Positions 43,601 to 56,035 are shown, counted from the stretch's first letter. The stretch is DNA of 64,000 nucleotides from an uncultured Planctomycetales bacterium (GCA_964545575.1 CAZJFL010000009.1:19574-83573); one strand, 5' to 3'. Made by a program: numbers and translations. The notes: generated from the sequence alone by a model not told the origin.

Positions 43601-45145
43601 CACCATGATATCTATTCTATCGAAGACCTTGCCCAGCTGATTTTTGATTTAAAGAACGCCAATCCTGGCGCGCGTATCAGCGTAAAGCTGGTTTCCGAAG
43701 TGGGTGTAGGCACTATCGCGGCAGGAGTAGCTAAGGCTCACGCGGATATGATTCTTATTTCCGGAGGAGACGGAGGGACAGGCGCTTCACCTTTAGGTTC
43801 AATAAAGCATGCGGGTCTACCCTGGGAATTAGGGCTTTCTGAAACGCATCAGACGCTCCTGCTCAATGATTTGCGCAGCCGCGTGCGCCTGCAGACAGAC
43901 GGACAGATGCGCACCGGACGCGATGTAGCCATAGCCTGTCTTTTAGGAGCCGAGGAATTCGGTTTCTGCACCGCTGTTTTGATTGTTTTGGGTTGCGTGA
44001 TGCTAAGGCATTGCCATCTGAATAATTGCTCGGTGGGCATTGCGACACAGGAAGCGTTGCTTTGCGGCAGGTTCAAAGGCAAGTCCGAATACGTCGTAAA
44101 TTATTTTAACTTTGTAGCGCGGGAACTGCGCGAGATTATGGCAGGATTAGGAGTAGGAAGCATGGATGAACTGGTGGGCAGGGCTGAATTTTTAAAACTA
44201 AGAAAAGAAATTCTTCCCTGGAAAGCGAAAGGAATCGATTTCTCAAAGGTCCTCTATAAACCAAAGGTCGGTACTAACGTAAAGACCCATTGCACGATAG
44301 CTCAAGAGCACGGCACAGAGAAGTCGCTGGATTTAAAGCTGATAGAGTTAGTCAAAGACGCCCTGGATAACCGCCAGCCGGTGAGGATAGAGCTGCCGGT
44401 TGAGAATACCAACCGTACCCTGGGTGCAATGTTAAGCGGAAAACTCTCTCAGGTTTATGGAGAAGAAGGTTTAGGGGAAGATACCATCAGTTGTAAGTTC
44501 AAAGGAGTCGCGGGCCAGAGCTTCGCCGCATTTTTAGCTAAAGGGATTACTTTTGAGCTGGAGGGGATGAGTAACGATTACGTGGGTAAGGGTTTATGCG
44601 GCGGAAAAGTTATAATTTATCCGGATAAAGAGTCTTCTTATCAGGCGGATAAAAATATTATTATCGGAAACACCGGCTTTTACGGAGCAACTTCCGGCGA
44701 GGCTTATATCCGGGGAGTCGCAGGGGAAAGGTTCTGTATCAGGAACTCCGGACTAAATGCTGTCGTCGAAGGCGTAGGCGATCACGGTTGCGAATATATG
44801 ACCGGAGGAAGGGTAGTGGTAATAGGCGCGACCGGAAGAAACTTTGCCGCTGGCATGTCCGGAGGCATTGCCTATGTTTTTGACGCAGAGAGCAATTTTA
44901 AATACAAATGCAATACAGAGATGGTGGTGCTGGAGGAGGTTAATCACGAAGACGCTGAAACCATCAGAAATCTTTTAACTAACCACTATAAATATACCTA
45001 TAGTCAGGCCGCCAAAGAGATACTTGATGATTTTAACCTCAGCGAGAAAAAGTTCGTCAAAGTCATGCCTTTGGAATATAAAAATATTCTTCAGAATATC
45101 AAGACAGGCAAAAAGCCGGAATTGACAGAGGTATCCGATGGGTGA
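40598..45145 (+). CDS. gltB: Glutamate synthase large subunit
   Basis: 1515 aa. It has an N-terminal Ntn amidotransferase domain (CGVGFV with Cys1 after processing), a central domain, an FMN domain and a C-terminal GXGXG domain. Confidence 0.9.
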   Translation: MEGFKVKYTHLPEAQGLYDPRFEHDSCGVGFVCNIRGKASYGIVRQGLEVLNRLSHRGATGSDPKTGDGAGILIQIPHEFFAKVCRRSGIGLPPKGKYATGIVFLPADSKERAFCKAVFARLIKEEKQIFLGWREVPVDDTCIGRTARETKPAMEQVFIAQDKSESDELNFERKLYLIRKRIENVIRASSLKQKAFFYITNLSSRTFSYKGLLMPGQVGKFFLDLKDQDLKSAISLVHSRYSTNTFPTWDLAQPFRFLAHNGEINTLRGNINWMQARESLLADKFFGEKIKDILPVIVPGGSDSATIDNVFELLLLSGRSLPHAMMMLIPAAWQQDKLLSEKVKSFYLYHACLMEAWDGPAAIAFTDGTRVGAVLDRNGLRPARYIITKNDTVVMASEVGVLDIPPSDILVSGRLEPGRIFFIDTQEGRIVDDAEIKKAMANSRPYKSWLKENMLELKNVRPAAVESGIRKEEVLTLLKAFGYTREDLKFILKPMLEHAQEPTGSMGNDAPHAVLSGKPQLLYNYFKQLFAQVTNPAIDPIREELVMSLESYVGPERNMLDETAKHCRKLRVRHPILSNDDLAKIAKIRENSFRTKTISLLFKAQDEKDFLATLERVCKEAVSAIKEGYTFIILSDRGVSRDYAALPCLLATATVHHYLVKKALRTQIGIILETAEPREVHHFALLFGYGADCINPYLAFEAVKYLLTEEKMDLGPDIALDNYIKAIDKGILKILSKMGISTLQSYRGAQIFEVLGLSEEVIRYSFSGTPSRIGGAGFAVIAQETILRHKEAYNKMVAQEPYLATGGLYQWKRDGEFHLWNPDTIALLQDAAWNNDYQKYKEFARLINDQSANPVTLRSLFKFKTAKSIPTEEVEPVESILRRFATGAMSFGSISKEAHETIAVAMNKIGGRSNSGEGGEDPERFQAADNGECKRSAVKQVASGRFGVTSYYLMNADELQIKIAQGAKPGEGGQLPGYKVSAVIAKTRHTTPGVTLISPPPHHDIYSIEDLAQLIFDLKNANPGARISVKLVSEVGVGTIAAGVAKAHADMILISGGDGGTGASPLGSIKHAGLPWELGLSETHQTLLLNDLRSRVRLQTDGQMRTGRDVAIACLLGAEEFGFCTAVLIVLGCVMLRHCHLNNCSVGIATQEALLCGRFKGKSEYVVNYFNFVARELREIMAGLGVGSMDELVGRAEFLKLRKEILPWKAKGIDFSKVLYKPKVGTNVKTHCTIAQEHGTEKSLDLKLIELVKDALDNRQPVRIELPVENTNRTLGAMLSGKLSQVYGEEGLGEDTISCKFKGVAGQSFAAFLAKGITFELEGMSNDYVGKGLCGGKVIIYPDKESSYQADKNIIIGNTGFYGATSGEAYIRGVAGERFCIRNSGLNAVVEGVGDHGCEYMTGGRVVVIGATGRNFAAGMSGGIAYVFDAESNFKYKCNTEMVVLEEVNHEDAETIRNLLTNHYKYTYSQAAKEILDDFNLSEKKFVKVMPLEYKNILQNIKTGKKPELTEVSDG

Positions 45146-46556
45146 TGTCAGAGGTTTCCTGAAAACTAAACGCCGGGCCTGCCGCTATAGGCCGGCGAGA
45201 GAGCGGGTAAAGGATTTTTGCGAGGTAGCGCTTTTACCGCAGGCAAAATGTTCCCGCCAACAGGCCTCGCGTTGCATGGATTGCGGCACGCCGTTCTGCC
45301 ATTGGGGCTGCCCCGTGGCTAATTATATCCCGGAATGGAACGACTTGCTCTTTCAGGGGCAGTGGGAGCGGGCCGCAGAGTTACTTTTAGCCACCAATGA
45401 TCTGCCTGAGATCACCGGAAGGTTATGCCCGGCTCCCTGCGAATTTTCCTGTGTCTTAAGTATTAACGATGACGCGGTTACTATACGGGAAAATGAGTTA
45501 GCGATTATCGAGCAGGCTTTTAAAAAAGGTTGGGTGAGGGCACAGTCTCCTTTAGAGCGTAGCGGTAAAAGAGTAGCCGTTATCGGTTCCGGCCCGGCAG
45601 GGCTTTCTTGCGCAGCACAGCTGAATAAGGCCGGGCATAAGGTAGCGGTTTTTGAGCGGGATGATAAAATCGGAGGAATCTTAAGATACGGCATACCGGA
45701 TTTTAAATTGGAGAAAAGTATTATTGACCGGCGCCTGAAGATTTGGGAAAAAGAAGGTATTGAATTTAAAACAGGTATAGATGTGGGTAAAGGTTATCCG
45801 CTAAGAAAATTATTCAAGGAATTTGACGCGGTATGCCTGGCCGGAGGAAGCCGCGTTCCCCGGGATTTAAATATACCGGGGAGGCAATTGAAAGGGATTC
45901 ATTTTGCGATGGATTATCTCATTCAGGCAAATAAGAGCTCAGCAGGGGAGAATATAAAGGATAGCAAAGTTATAAACGTAAAAGGAAAATGGGTAGTGGT
46001 TATCGGAGGGGGAGATACGGGGGCTGATTGTGTAGGCACAGCGCACAGGCAAGGAGCAAGTTGTGTTGTTCAAATTGAGCTTTTATCCAAACCTTCAGAA
46101 AACCGCGCGCAGGATTCCCCCTGGCCGGAATATCCGGCGTTGCTTAAAACATCTACCAGCCATCAGGAGGGCGGAGAGCGCCGCTGGCAGGTTTTAACTA
46201 AACGTTTTACCGGAGAGAGCGGTTGGGTGAAAAAGCTTTCTTGCGTTCGGGTAGATTCTTCATGCCAGGAATTGCCCGGTAGCGAATTTGAAATTAAAGC
46301 GGACCTGGTAATTTTGGCTTTGGGGTTTTTGCATCCCGAAAAGAAAGGATTGCTTGAGGAGGGAGGTTTTGCGCTTGATTCCCGCGGAAACGTCAAAACA
46401 GGCGTCGGCCTCAGGACTTCAGTCAAAGGGGTATTTTGCGCAGGAGATATGCATAGAGGCCAATCTCTGGTTGTCTGGGCGATTTCCGAAGGAAGGCGCG
46501 CAGCCTATTATATTGATAAATATTTGATGGGCGAAAGCGATTTGCCGTTTATCTAA
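45138..46556 (+). CDS. gltD: Glutamate synthase small subunit
   Basis: 472 aa with Fe-S cysteine motifs (CMDCGTPFCHWGCPV) and two Rossmann motifs (VIGSGPAG, VIGGGDTGAD). Confidence 0.85.
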   Translation: MGDVRGFLKTKRRACRYRPARERVKDFCEVALLPQAKCSRQQASRCMDCGTPFCHWGCPVANYIPEWNDLLFQGQWERAAELLLATNDLPEITGRLCPAPCEFSCVLSINDDAVTIRENELAIIEQAFKKGWVRAQSPLERSGKRVAVIGSGPAGLSCAAQLNKAGHKVAVFERDDKIGGILRYGIPDFKLEKSIIDRRLKIWEKEGIEFKTGIDVGKGYPLRKLFKEFDAVCLAGGSRVPRDLNIPGRQLKGIHFAMDYLIQANKSSAGENIKDSKVINVKGKWVVVIGGGDTGADCVGTAHRQGASCVVQIELLSKPSENRAQDSPWPEYPALLKTSTSHQEGGERRWQVLTKRFTGESGWVKKLSCVRVDSSCQELPGSEFEIKADLVILALGFLHPEKKGLLEEGGFALDSRGNVKTGVGLRTSVKGVFCAGDMHRGQSLVVWAISEGRRAAYYIDKYLMGESDLPFI

Positions 46557-46631
46557 GCGAGAGACGGTTTTACATTGACATCATCCTAAAATATGTTAAA
46601 CTTTTTAGTAGTCCACAGTAGAACTACTGTA

Positions 46632-46672
46632 AACAAAACAATGGCGTTTAGAGGCCGAATTGTCGGCGCTAA
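46632..46672 (+). terminator. Intrinsic terminator or attenuator (ggcgtttag...ctaaacgc around a nested hairpin gccga-attg-tcggc, then UUUUUUU). It lies between a promoter-like element and pyrG.
   Basis: Seen in sequence. The T-run ends about 20 nt before the pyrG ATG. Confidence 0.55.
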
Positions 46673-48292
<1,620 letters not shown>

Positions 48293-48293
48293 T

Positions 48294-49385
48294 ATGGAAG
48301 CAATATTAGCCTTAGAAGACGGTAGAATCTTTAAGGGCGAGTCTTTCGGCGCAACAGGCGAAAGCTCAGGCGAAGTCGTCTTTAATACCAGCATGACCGG
48401 CTACCAGGAGATCCTCACTGATCCTTCCTACAAAGGTCAGATCGTAACGATGACTTATCCTTTGATCGGCAATTACGGTATCAATAAGGAAGATGTAGAG
48501 TCGCGGGGGGTTTTCTTGGAAGGCTTTGTAGTAAAGGAATACAGTAAAATCGCCAGTAATTGGCGCAAAGATAAATCACTGGGGGAATATTTAAAAGAAA
48601 ACGGCATCTTAGGCATTGAGGCAATAGATACGCGGGAATTGACTTTACATATACGTAAAGCAGGTGCGATGAAAGCAATTTTATCTACGGAGGATTTAGA
48701 TGAAAGGAGCTTAGTTAAAAAAGCTATAAGCTCACCCGGATTAATTGGTGTTGATCTAGTTAAAGAAGTTACTAGCAATCACAAATATGTGTGGGATAAA
48801 GCCAAAGAGAGTAAATATAGGGTGGTAGTTATTGACTGCGGGGTAAAATATAATATCTTAAGGGAACTGTTAAAGCATAAATGCGAAGTAGTCGTTGTGC
48901 CGGCAGATACTGACAGCAAGGAAATTTTAAAAATTAAGCCTGGCGGCCTGCTGCTTTCTAACGGGCCGGGCGATCCCGAACCGGTAAAATACGTTATCGA
49001 AACCACCAGAAACTTAATTGGCAAATTGCCTATTTTCGGGATCTGCCTGGGACAGCAAATACTGGGTCTGGCTTTGGGGGGTAAGACCTATAAACTTAAA
49101 TTCGGCCATCACGGCGCAAATCATCCGGTTAAAGACTTGAAAACAGGTAAAGTTTCTATCACGGTTCAGAACCACGGTTTCTGTGTAGACATAGATTCCT
49201 TAAATAAGAAAGAAATAGAAATTACCCATATCAATTTAAACGACCAGACCTTAGAGGGAATGCGGCATAGAAAATTGCCAATATTTTCTGTGCAGTTTCA
49301 CCCTGAGGCTTCTGCCGGCCCGCATGATGCTAAGTATTTATTCGCAAATTTTATTGAGATGATGAAAAATGCCAAAAAGAACTGA
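48294..49385 (+). CDS. carA: Carbamoyl-phosphate synthase small (glutaminase) subunit
   Basis: It has a class I GATase (GICLGQQ) and the HPE motif. Confidence 0.9.
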   Translation: MEAILALEDGRIFKGESFGATGESSGEVVFNTSMTGYQEILTDPSYKGQIVTMTYPLIGNYGINKEDVESRGVFLEGFVVKEYSKIASNWRKDKSLGEYLKENGILGIEAIDTRELTLHIRKAGAMKAILSTEDLDERSLVKKAISSPGLIGVDLVKEVTSNHKYVWDKAKESKYRVVVIDCGVKYNILRELLKHKCEVVVVPADTDSKEILKIKPGGLLLSNGPGDPEPVKYVIETTRNLIGKLPIFGICLGQQILGLALGGKTYKLKFGHHGANHPVKDLKTGKVSITVQNHGFCVDIDSLNKKEIEITHINLNDQTLEGMRHRKLPIFSVQFHPEASAGPHDAKYLFANFIEMMKNAKKN

Positions 49386-51012
49386 TATAAAAAAGATTTT
49401 AATCATCGGCTCCGGCCCGATCATCATCAGCCAGGCCTGCGAATTCGATTATTCCGGCACCCAGGCTTGCAAGGTCTTAAAACAGGAGGGTTTTGAAGTA
49501 ATCCTAGTCAATTCTAATCCGGCCACGATTATGACTGACCCGGATCTTGCAGATAAGACTTATATCGAACCGATCACTCCGGAAATCATAGAAAAGATAA
49601 TCGCCAAAGAGCGGCCGGATGCGCTTTTGCCTACACTCGGCGGCCAGACCGCTCTAAATACCGCAGTGGCCTTGTCAGAGAGAGGGATATTGAAGAAATA
49701 TAAAGTAGAGACTATAGGCGCTAACATCAAAGCTATTAAGAAGGGGGAGGATAGGCAGCTATTTAAAGAGGCGATGCAGAGGATCGGCCTGGATTTGCCT
49801 AAAAGCGACAGGGCCTATAGCTTAAAAGAGGCGACGGAGATTACGCAAAGGATAGGTTTTCCTTTAATTATCCGTCCCAGTTTTACTTTAGGCGGCACAG
49901 GGGGCAGCGTGGCTTACAATATAGAAGAATTCAAAGAGCTGGCTAAGCATGGCCTTGAATCCAGCATGATCGGGGAAGTCTTGATCGAAGAATCCGTAAT
50001 CGGCTGGAAAGAGTTTGAATTAGAGGTGATGCGGGATATAAAAGATAACGTAGTGATCATCTGCTCTATCGAGAATTTTGATCCGATGGGAGTCCATACC
50101 GGAGACAGTATTACCGTAGCGCCTATCCAGACATTGACCGATAAAGAATATCAGAAGATGCGCGATGCGGCAATTGCCTGTATCAGGGAAATCGGAGTGG
50201 AAACCGGCGGGTCGAATATTCAGTTCGCCGTGCATCCGGAAAGCGGGCGCATGGTGATTATCGAAATGAATCCCAGGGTTTCCCGTAGTTCAGCCCTCGC
50301 CTCTAAAGCTACCGGTTTTCCCATTGCCAAGATTGCCGCGAAATTAGCAGTAGGCTACACATTGGACGAAATCCCAAATGATATTACTAAAAAGACGCCC
50401 GCATGCTTTGAGCCCACCATTGATTACTGTGTAGTTAAGATTCCCCGTTTTACCTTCGAGAAATTCGCATCGGCTGACCCTACGTTGACCGTATCCATGA
50501 AATCGGTAGGCGAAGTAATGGCCATCGGCAGGACTTTTAAAGAATCCCTGCAGAAGGCTTTGCGTTCTTTAGAAATCGGCCTTGCCGGGCTGGATGATTT
50601 AAAATATCCGCCTAGCGAAGATGAATTAAAAAATAATTTAAGGATCCCTAATGCCTTAAGGATCCTTTATATAAAAGAGGCCTTTAAAAGAGGCTATCAT
50701 ATTAATGAGATTTATAAGATGACCAAAATCGACCCCTGGTTTTTAGAAAATATCCGGCAGATTATTGAATTGGAAAAACGGATAAAAATAAAACTAAGGT
50801 TAAGCTCCGAGAAGAGCTCGGTTGATTTACTAAGGAAAGCCAAAGAATCCGGTTTTTCAGATGTGCAGCTGGCCCGTTTATTGAATCAGACGGAAGATGC
50901 CATCAGAAAGTGGCGTATAGAGTCAGGGATAAAGCCGGATTATAAACTTGTAGATACTTGCGCTGCGGAGTTTGAAGCCTTTACTCCTTACTATTATTCT
51001 ACCTATGAATAG
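49369..51012 (+). CDS. carB: Carbamoyl-phosphate synthase large subunit, N-terminal half only (split carB)
   Basis: 547 aa covering the first ATP-grasp and oligomerisation domains. It then stops, and the next gene is purF. Confidence 0.8.
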   Translation: MPKRTDIKKILIIGSGPIIISQACEFDYSGTQACKVLKQEGFEVILVNSNPATIMTDPDLADKTYIEPITPEIIEKIIAKERPDALLPTLGGQTALNTAVALSERGILKKYKVETIGANIKAIKKGEDRQLFKEAMQRIGLDLPKSDRAYSLKEATEITQRIGFPLIIRPSFTLGGTGGSVAYNIEEFKELAKHGLESSMIGEVLIEESVIGWKEFELEVMRDIKDNVVIICSIENFDPMGVHTGDSITVAPIQTLTDKEYQKMRDAAIACIREIGVETGGSNIQFAVHPESGRMVIIEMNPRVSRSSALASKATGFPIAKIAAKLAVGYTLDEIPNDITKKTPACFEPTIDYCVVKIPRFTFEKFASADPTLTVSMKSVGEVMAIGRTFKESLQKALRSLEIGLAGLDDLKYPPSEDELKNNLRIPNALRILYIKEAFKRGYHINEIYKMTKIDPWFLENIRQIIELEKRIKIKLRLSSEKSSVDLLRKAKESGFSDVQLARLLNQTEDAIRKWRIESGIKPDYKLVDTCAAEFEAFTPYYYSTYE

Positions 51013-51023
51013 GAGGAATGAGC

Positions 51024-52394
51024 ATGTGCGGAATATTCGGAATATACCCACATAAAGACGCGGCAAACCTGGCTTGTCTTGGTCTTTATGCGCTGCAGCA
51101 TAGAGGCGAAGAATCCAGCGGAATAATCACGCGTAATGGTAAGAGGGTCTATTTACATAAAGCCCTGGGGTTAGTCAGCGATGTTTTTAATGAAAAAATT
51201 ATTCGTAGCCTCCGCGGGGAAATGGCGGTGGGGCATGTGCGCTATTCTACTACTGGAAGTAGCAATATCAAGAATACCCAGCCTTTTTACGTAAAATCAA
51301 AGATCGGCGATATCGCTATTGCCCATAACGGAAATCTTACCAATACCTTAAGCCTGCATAGGGAACTAGAGAACAACGGCGCCTTATTTCAGACCAGCAT
51401 GGACTCAGAAATTATCGCGCATCTGTTAGCGCATAGTTGCAGTGATAATTTCCAGGATATGATCATTCGGGCACTTTCTAAGTTGGAAGGGGCTTATTCC
51501 TTGGTGTTAATGCTCAACGATATCCTGATCGGCGCAAGAGACACATTTGGCTGGCGGCCGCTGTGCCTGGGCAGATTAGACGCAGCATATGTATTAGCCA
51601 GCGAGACCTGCGCTTTGGATTTAATCGGCGCGCAGTATATCCGGGATATCGAACCGGGAGAGATTGTATTTATTTATAAAGATAGGATAGAATCGGTCAA
51701 GCCTTTTGCCCGCACCCGCTGTGCTTTTTGTATTTTTGAATATATTTATTTTGCCCGCCCGGATAGCGATATTTTCGGAAATAATGTTTATCTGGCGCGC
51801 CGCAGATTAGGCGAACAGCTGGGGCGGGAGTTCCCGGTGCCAGCAGATATAGTCATGCCGATCCCTGACTCGGGCACCTGCGCTGCCTTAGGTTTTTCTC
51901 AGGTCTCGGGTATTCCTTTTGAAATGGGGATGGTGCGTAACCACTATATCGGCAGGACTTTTATCCAGCCGAGCCAATTGGTGCGCGACTTCAGGGTTAA
52001 GGTCAAGCTGAATCCGGTGAAAAAAGTTTTATCCGGCAAGCGCATTGCGCTTATAGAAGATTCGATTGTGCGCGGGACTACCAGCAGGGCGCGGGTAAAA
52101 ACGGTCAGAGAAGCCGGAGCAACAGAAGTACACATGCGGGTCAGCTGCCCGCCTTTAAGGTTCCCCTGTTTTTACGGAATAGATTTTCCTACCAAGAAGG
52201 AGCTCGTAGCCGGAAAACACGATATTGAATGGATCCGCGATTTTATCGGTGCGGATAGTTTAGAATACTTAAGCCTCGAAGGTATGCTTAAATCCATGCC
52301 CATCCCTAAAGAAAATTTCTGCACTGCTTGCTTCACAGGCAAATACCCCATTAAACACGCATGCCACCTATCTAAGAACATTTTGGAAAAATAA
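51024..52394 (+). CDS. purF: Amidophosphoribosyltransferase
   Basis: MCGIFGI, with the Cys1 nucleophile after Met removal, plus a PRTase domain. Confidence 0.9.
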   Translation: MCGIFGIYPHKDAANLACLGLYALQHRGEESSGIITRNGKRVYLHKALGLVSDVFNEKIIRSLRGEMAVGHVRYSTTGSSNIKNTQPFYVKSKIGDIAIAHNGNLTNTLSLHRELENNGALFQTSMDSEIIAHLLAHSCSDNFQDMIIRALSKLEGAYSLVLMLNDILIGARDTFGWRPLCLGRLDAAYVLASETCALDLIGAQYIRDIEPGEIVFIYKDRIESVKPFARTRCAFCIFEYIYFARPDSDIFGNNVYLARRRLGEQLGREFPVPADIVMPIPDSGTCAALGFSQVSGIPFEMGMVRNHYIGRTFIQPSQLVRDFRVKVKLNPVKKVLSGKRIALIEDSIVRGTTSRARVKTVREAGATEVHMRVSCPPLRFPCFYGIDFPTKKELVAGKHDIEWIRDFIGADSLEYLSLEGMLKSMPIPKENFCTACFTGKYPIKHACHLSKNILEK

Positions 52395-52414
52395 AATTCC
52401 TATCCAAATATTCT

Positions 52415-52435
52415 CCTGTACGCACAGGGTTTTTT
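52415..52435 (+). terminator. Intrinsic terminator (cctgt-acgc-acagg, then GUUUUUU) ending the pyrG-carA-carB-purF operon
   Basis: Seen in sequence. Confidence 0.6.
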
Positions 52436-52531
52436 ACATTCAAAATTTTTAGTCTGAATGGTAGGTAACACTTTAATCTTCTTGAGGTTAGAATTTGGAG
52501 ATGGTAAAATAAGAACTTGGAGTTGATAATT

Positions 52532-53563
52532 ATGCAAAAGACAAAGACTATCCGAAACAAAATTTATCCTTACCTGATAAGCATAGGGCTTGTTTTCATC
52601 ATGACTTTGTTGGGCGAATTTGTCAAAAGAAGGCTTGAGCCGACAAATATTGTGATGTTTTATCTTTTGGCCGTAGTAATAGCTGCTATTCGTTGGGGGC
52701 AGGGGCCAGCGATCGTAACTTCTGTATTGAGCGTCCTTGCATTTGACTTCTTCTTAGTCCCGCCGTATCTTACCTTGAATGTTCACGATTTCGAGTATCT
52801 TTTTACCTTTGCGGCTTTTCTGGTAGTTGGCCTTATTGTGAGTACGCTTACTTCAAAAGTTAGAGCGCAAATTATCCAAAAACAAACAGAGAAACTTCAT
52901 TCAGCGCTTTTAAACTCAATTTCCCATGATTTAAAAACACCACTTGTATCGATTACTGGGATATTGAGTGCTCTTTTAGATAGCAGATCAAAGCTTGACG
53001 AGCAGCAAAAAAACGACCTTTTGCAAACGGCTCGTAGTGAATCTGAGAGGTTGAATCGCATAGTAAATAATATTCTGGATATGACTAGGACAGAATCCGG
53101 AGTGTTGCGAATTTCTAAGAAACCATGCGATTTGAGGGATTTCGTAGGAGCGTGTCTTGAGCAGCTAAAAGATAAGATAGGCAGCCGGAACATAAAAATA
53201 AACATCCCAAAAGATATACCCGAAGTGTCCGTAGATTTTCAGTATATGCTCAAGGCGTTTTTGAATGTTATGGATAATGCTTTAAAGTATTCGCCTGATG
53301 GTTCTCCGGTTGAAATTGAGGCTTCTTGTATTGGCAATAAGGTACGCGTTTCTGTGCGGGATTACGGTTACGGGATTCCTAAGGAAGACCTGGGGCGTAT
53401 TTTTGACAAGTTCTACCGGGTCCAGCGCGCTCAAAATGTACTGGGAACCGGTTTGGGCTTAAGTATTTCAAAAAATATTATTGAGGCTCACGGCGGCCAT
53501 ATCAACGCAGAAAGCATTCTTGGCAAAGGCGCTACGTTTATTATAGAGCTTCCGGTGGAGTAA
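52532..53563 (+). CDS. Sensor histidine kinase (HisKA plus HATPase_c; KdpD C-terminal-like)
   Basis: It has two N-terminal transmembrane segments, an H-box SHDLKTPL, and N/G boxes (NALKYS, GTGLGLSI). Confidence 0.8.
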   Translation: MQKTKTIRNKIYPYLISIGLVFIMTLLGEFVKRRLEPTNIVMFYLLAVVIAAIRWGQGPAIVTSVLSVLAFDFFLVPPYLTLNVHDFEYLFTFAAFLVVGLIVSTLTSKVRAQIIQKQTEKLHSALLNSISHDLKTPLVSITGILSALLDSRSKLDEQQKNDLLQTARSESERLNRIVNNILDMTRTESGVLRISKKPCDLRDFVGACLEQLKDKIGSRNIKINIPKDIPEVSVDFQYMLKAFLNVMDNALKYSPDGSPVEIEASCIGNKVRVSVRDYGYGIPKEDLGRIFDKFYRVQRAQNVLGTGLGLSISKNIIEAHGGHINAESILGKGATFIIELPVE

Positions 53564-53570
53564 ACGCGTA

Positions 53571-54272
53571 ATGGCAGAACAGAACAATTTAAGAATTCTT
53601 GTTGTAGATGACGAAAAATCCATACGTAGTTTTCTTAAGACATCTCTTTCGGCGTACGGTTACGGCGTCTTTGAAGCAACAAAAGGCAAAGAAGCCTTAA
53701 CCGAGTCGGTTAGTGTTCATCCGGATGCCATCATTCTTGATTTGGGGCTTCCTGATATGGATGGAAGAGAAGTCATTGCGAGAATCCGTAAACGGACAAA
53801 AACCCCAATAATCATTTTATCGGTAAGGGATGATCCCCTTGAGAAGATCGCTGCGCTTGATGCCGGAGCAGATGACTATCTTACTAAGCCTTTTTCTGTC
53901 GGAGAGTTGCTGGCGCGCTTGAAGGCGGTTATGAGGCGCCTTCTGCCGGATGAAAATGAGAAAATATTAAGTTCCGGCAAGCTTGCGGTAGATATTACGA
54001 ATCGCCAAGTAACTCTCGCTGATAAAGAGATCAGCTTATCGCCTACGGAATACGATATTCTTAAATTATTGATTTTTAATGCCGGCAAAGTAATTACCCA
54101 TAAACAAATTCTTCGTGAGGTATGGGATAAAACAGAAGATTATGAGGGCATCTTACACCTTTTACGCGTAACGATGAGTAATTTGCGCAGTAAAATTGAA
54201 CCTAATCCGGATCGCCCCATGTACATACTTACGGAGCCAGGTGTAGGCTACCGTCTGCGTTCTGATGATTGA
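53571..54272 (+). CDS. OmpR/KdpE-family response regulator
   Basis: It has a REC domain (ILVVDDE, DLGLPDMDG) and a winged-helix trans_reg_C domain. Confidence 0.85.
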   Translation: MAEQNNLRILVVDDEKSIRSFLKTSLSAYGYGVFEATKGKEALTESVSVHPDAIILDLGLPDMDGREVIARIRKRTKTPIIILSVRDDPLEKIAALDAGADDYLTKPFSVGELLARLKAVMRRLLPDENEKILSSGKLAVDITNRQVTLADKEISLSPTEYDILKLLIFNAGKVITHKQILREVWDKTEDYEGILHLLRVTMSNLRSKIEPNPDRPMYILTEPGVGYRLRSDD

Positions 54273-54527
54273 CTCCTCGTTTTGACCTTTTTTTGACTTG
54301 CCTTCCTTATTTACTAAGCGTATCGTAAGTTATTAGAATAAATACAAAGATAAGTTAAATTTTACACAGTGCCAGAGTGCTTTATTCTCTGGTTTTTTGT
54401 TGATGAATGCTATGAAGAAAATTGCTGTTTTTTATACTGTTACACTAGGAATATTTTGGGAAGCGGTCTATGTAATGATAATTATCGGCGTAGGTTCACT
54501 ATTTGCATTAGCAACGCAATATATACG

Positions 54528-56033
54528 ATGATACTTAAGCCTCAAGTAAACGATATTAAGAACATCGGCTATTATTTGGGAAAAATAATACTCGGTATTG
54601 GCCTGACAATGTTTTTGCCGTTTATTACGGGACTTGTTTTATTTAGAGAATCTAATCCTGCTTTGGATTTCTTGATAAGCGCTAATATTGCTATATTTAT
54701 CGGTGTGGCTTTGAGCTGGCTGTGTAAAACTGATAAGGAGCTACATACCGGTCCGGCAATGGTTGTTATTGCTCTTTCATGGTTGGCCGCGATGGCGCTT
54801 AGCGCTATACCGTTATTATTAAGCGGTCATTATAAGTCGTTTCTTGATGCTTGTTTTGAGACTATGTCTGGTTTTACCACAACTGGATTGACGCTTGTGC
54901 AGGATTTGGATCATCTTTCCCGAACTCATAATTTATGGCGTCACTTAGGGCCTTTCCTTGGAGGGCAGGGGATCGCTATTATTGCGATTTCATTCTTGGT
55001 CAGGGGCACCGGTGGTTCGCTTAATCTGTATCTTGGGGAAGGGCGCGATGAGAAGTTAGTCCCCAACGTTATGCATACGGCGCGTTTTATTTGGGCTATT
55101 AGCATAGTGTACTTGATTCTCGGCACCATTGTGTTAGGTCTGGTAGGGATGTCTATAGGATTAAAGCCTCAAAGCGCATTCTTTAACGCTGTCTGTGTTT
55201 TTATGGCCGGATTTGATACTGCAGGTTTTGCTCCGCAATCACCGAATATTCTTTACTATCACAGCTTGATGTTTGAAATTGTTACGATTTTCTTTATGGT
55301 AGTCGGCTCATTCAATTTTAATTTGCATTATCAAATCTGGAATGGAAATTTTAAAGAAATTTGGAAGAATATCGAAACGCGGACTCTCTTGTTTGTTATT
55401 ATGATTGTTACTTTGATTACGATGGCGGGTTTAAGGCACTGGGGTGTTTATTCGGATGGAGCGATACTTTTCCGCAAGGGATTCTTTCAGATCATCTCAG
55501 GACAAACCACAACCGGATACATGACAATATATGCGCAGCAGTTTATTAAGGAGTGGGGGGATTTAGCCTTAACTGGGATTATCATCTCCATGGCTCTGGG
55601 AGGTTGCGCTTGTTCTACAGCCGGGGGTATTAAAATGCTGCGCGTGGGCATTATCTATAAAGCATTTAGGCAAGATATAAAAAGCGTTTTGCTTTCACCT
55701 AGCGCTATCGTAGTGCAAAAATTCCATCACATAAAAACAATGTTTATCGAAGATAAGCAGGTGCGAGCAGTCCTGATTGTTACTTTGGGATATTTTTTCC
55801 TTTACGGATTGGGTACTCTTGTGGGGGTAGGATTAGGATATCCGTTTTTAAATGCTCTTTTTGAATCGACTTCTGCGGCTGGCAACGTTGGACTTTCCTG
55901 CGGGATAACCGATGCAAGTATGCCGGCAATATTAAAAGTGACCTATATAATAGAAATGTGGGCAGGAAGGCTTGAGTTAATGTCGGTTTTTGCGCTATTT
56001 GGTTTTTTTGTAGCGTTTGTGAAAGGTAGATAA
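54528..56033 (+). CDS. trkH: TrkH/KtrB-family potassium transporter
   Basis: It is polytopic with repeated M-P-M segments. It follows the KdpDE-like pair. The 54369 start is rejected as an N-terminal over-extension. Confidence 0.7.
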   Translation: MILKPQVNDIKNIGYYLGKIILGIGLTMFLPFITGLVLFRESNPALDFLISANIAIFIGVALSWLCKTDKELHTGPAMVVIALSWLAAMALSAIPLLLSGHYKSFLDACFETMSGFTTTGLTLVQDLDHLSRTHNLWRHLGPFLGGQGIAIIAISFLVRGTGGSLNLYLGEGRDEKLVPNVMHTARFIWAISIVYLILGTIVLGLVGMSIGLKPQSAFFNAVCVFMAGFDTAGFAPQSPNILYYHSLMFEIVTIFFMVVGSFNFNLHYQIWNGNFKEIWKNIETRTLLFVIMIVTLITMAGLRHWGVYSDGAILFRKGFFQIISGQTTTGYMTIYAQQFIKEWGDLALTGIIISMALGGCACSTAGGIKMLRVGIIYKAFRQDIKSVLLSPSAIVVQKFHHIKTMFIEDKQVRAVLIVTLGYFFLYGLGTLVGVGLGYPFLNALFESTSAAGNVGLSCGITDASMPAILKVTYIIEMWAGRLELMSVFALFGFFVAFVKGR

Positions 56034-56035
56034 AA

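Noticed and set aside
54369-54527. Extended N-terminus of trkH (MPECFILWFF...)
   Set aside because: It is Cys- and aromatic-rich nonsense upstream of a clean start at 54528, and a promoter-like region lies inside it.
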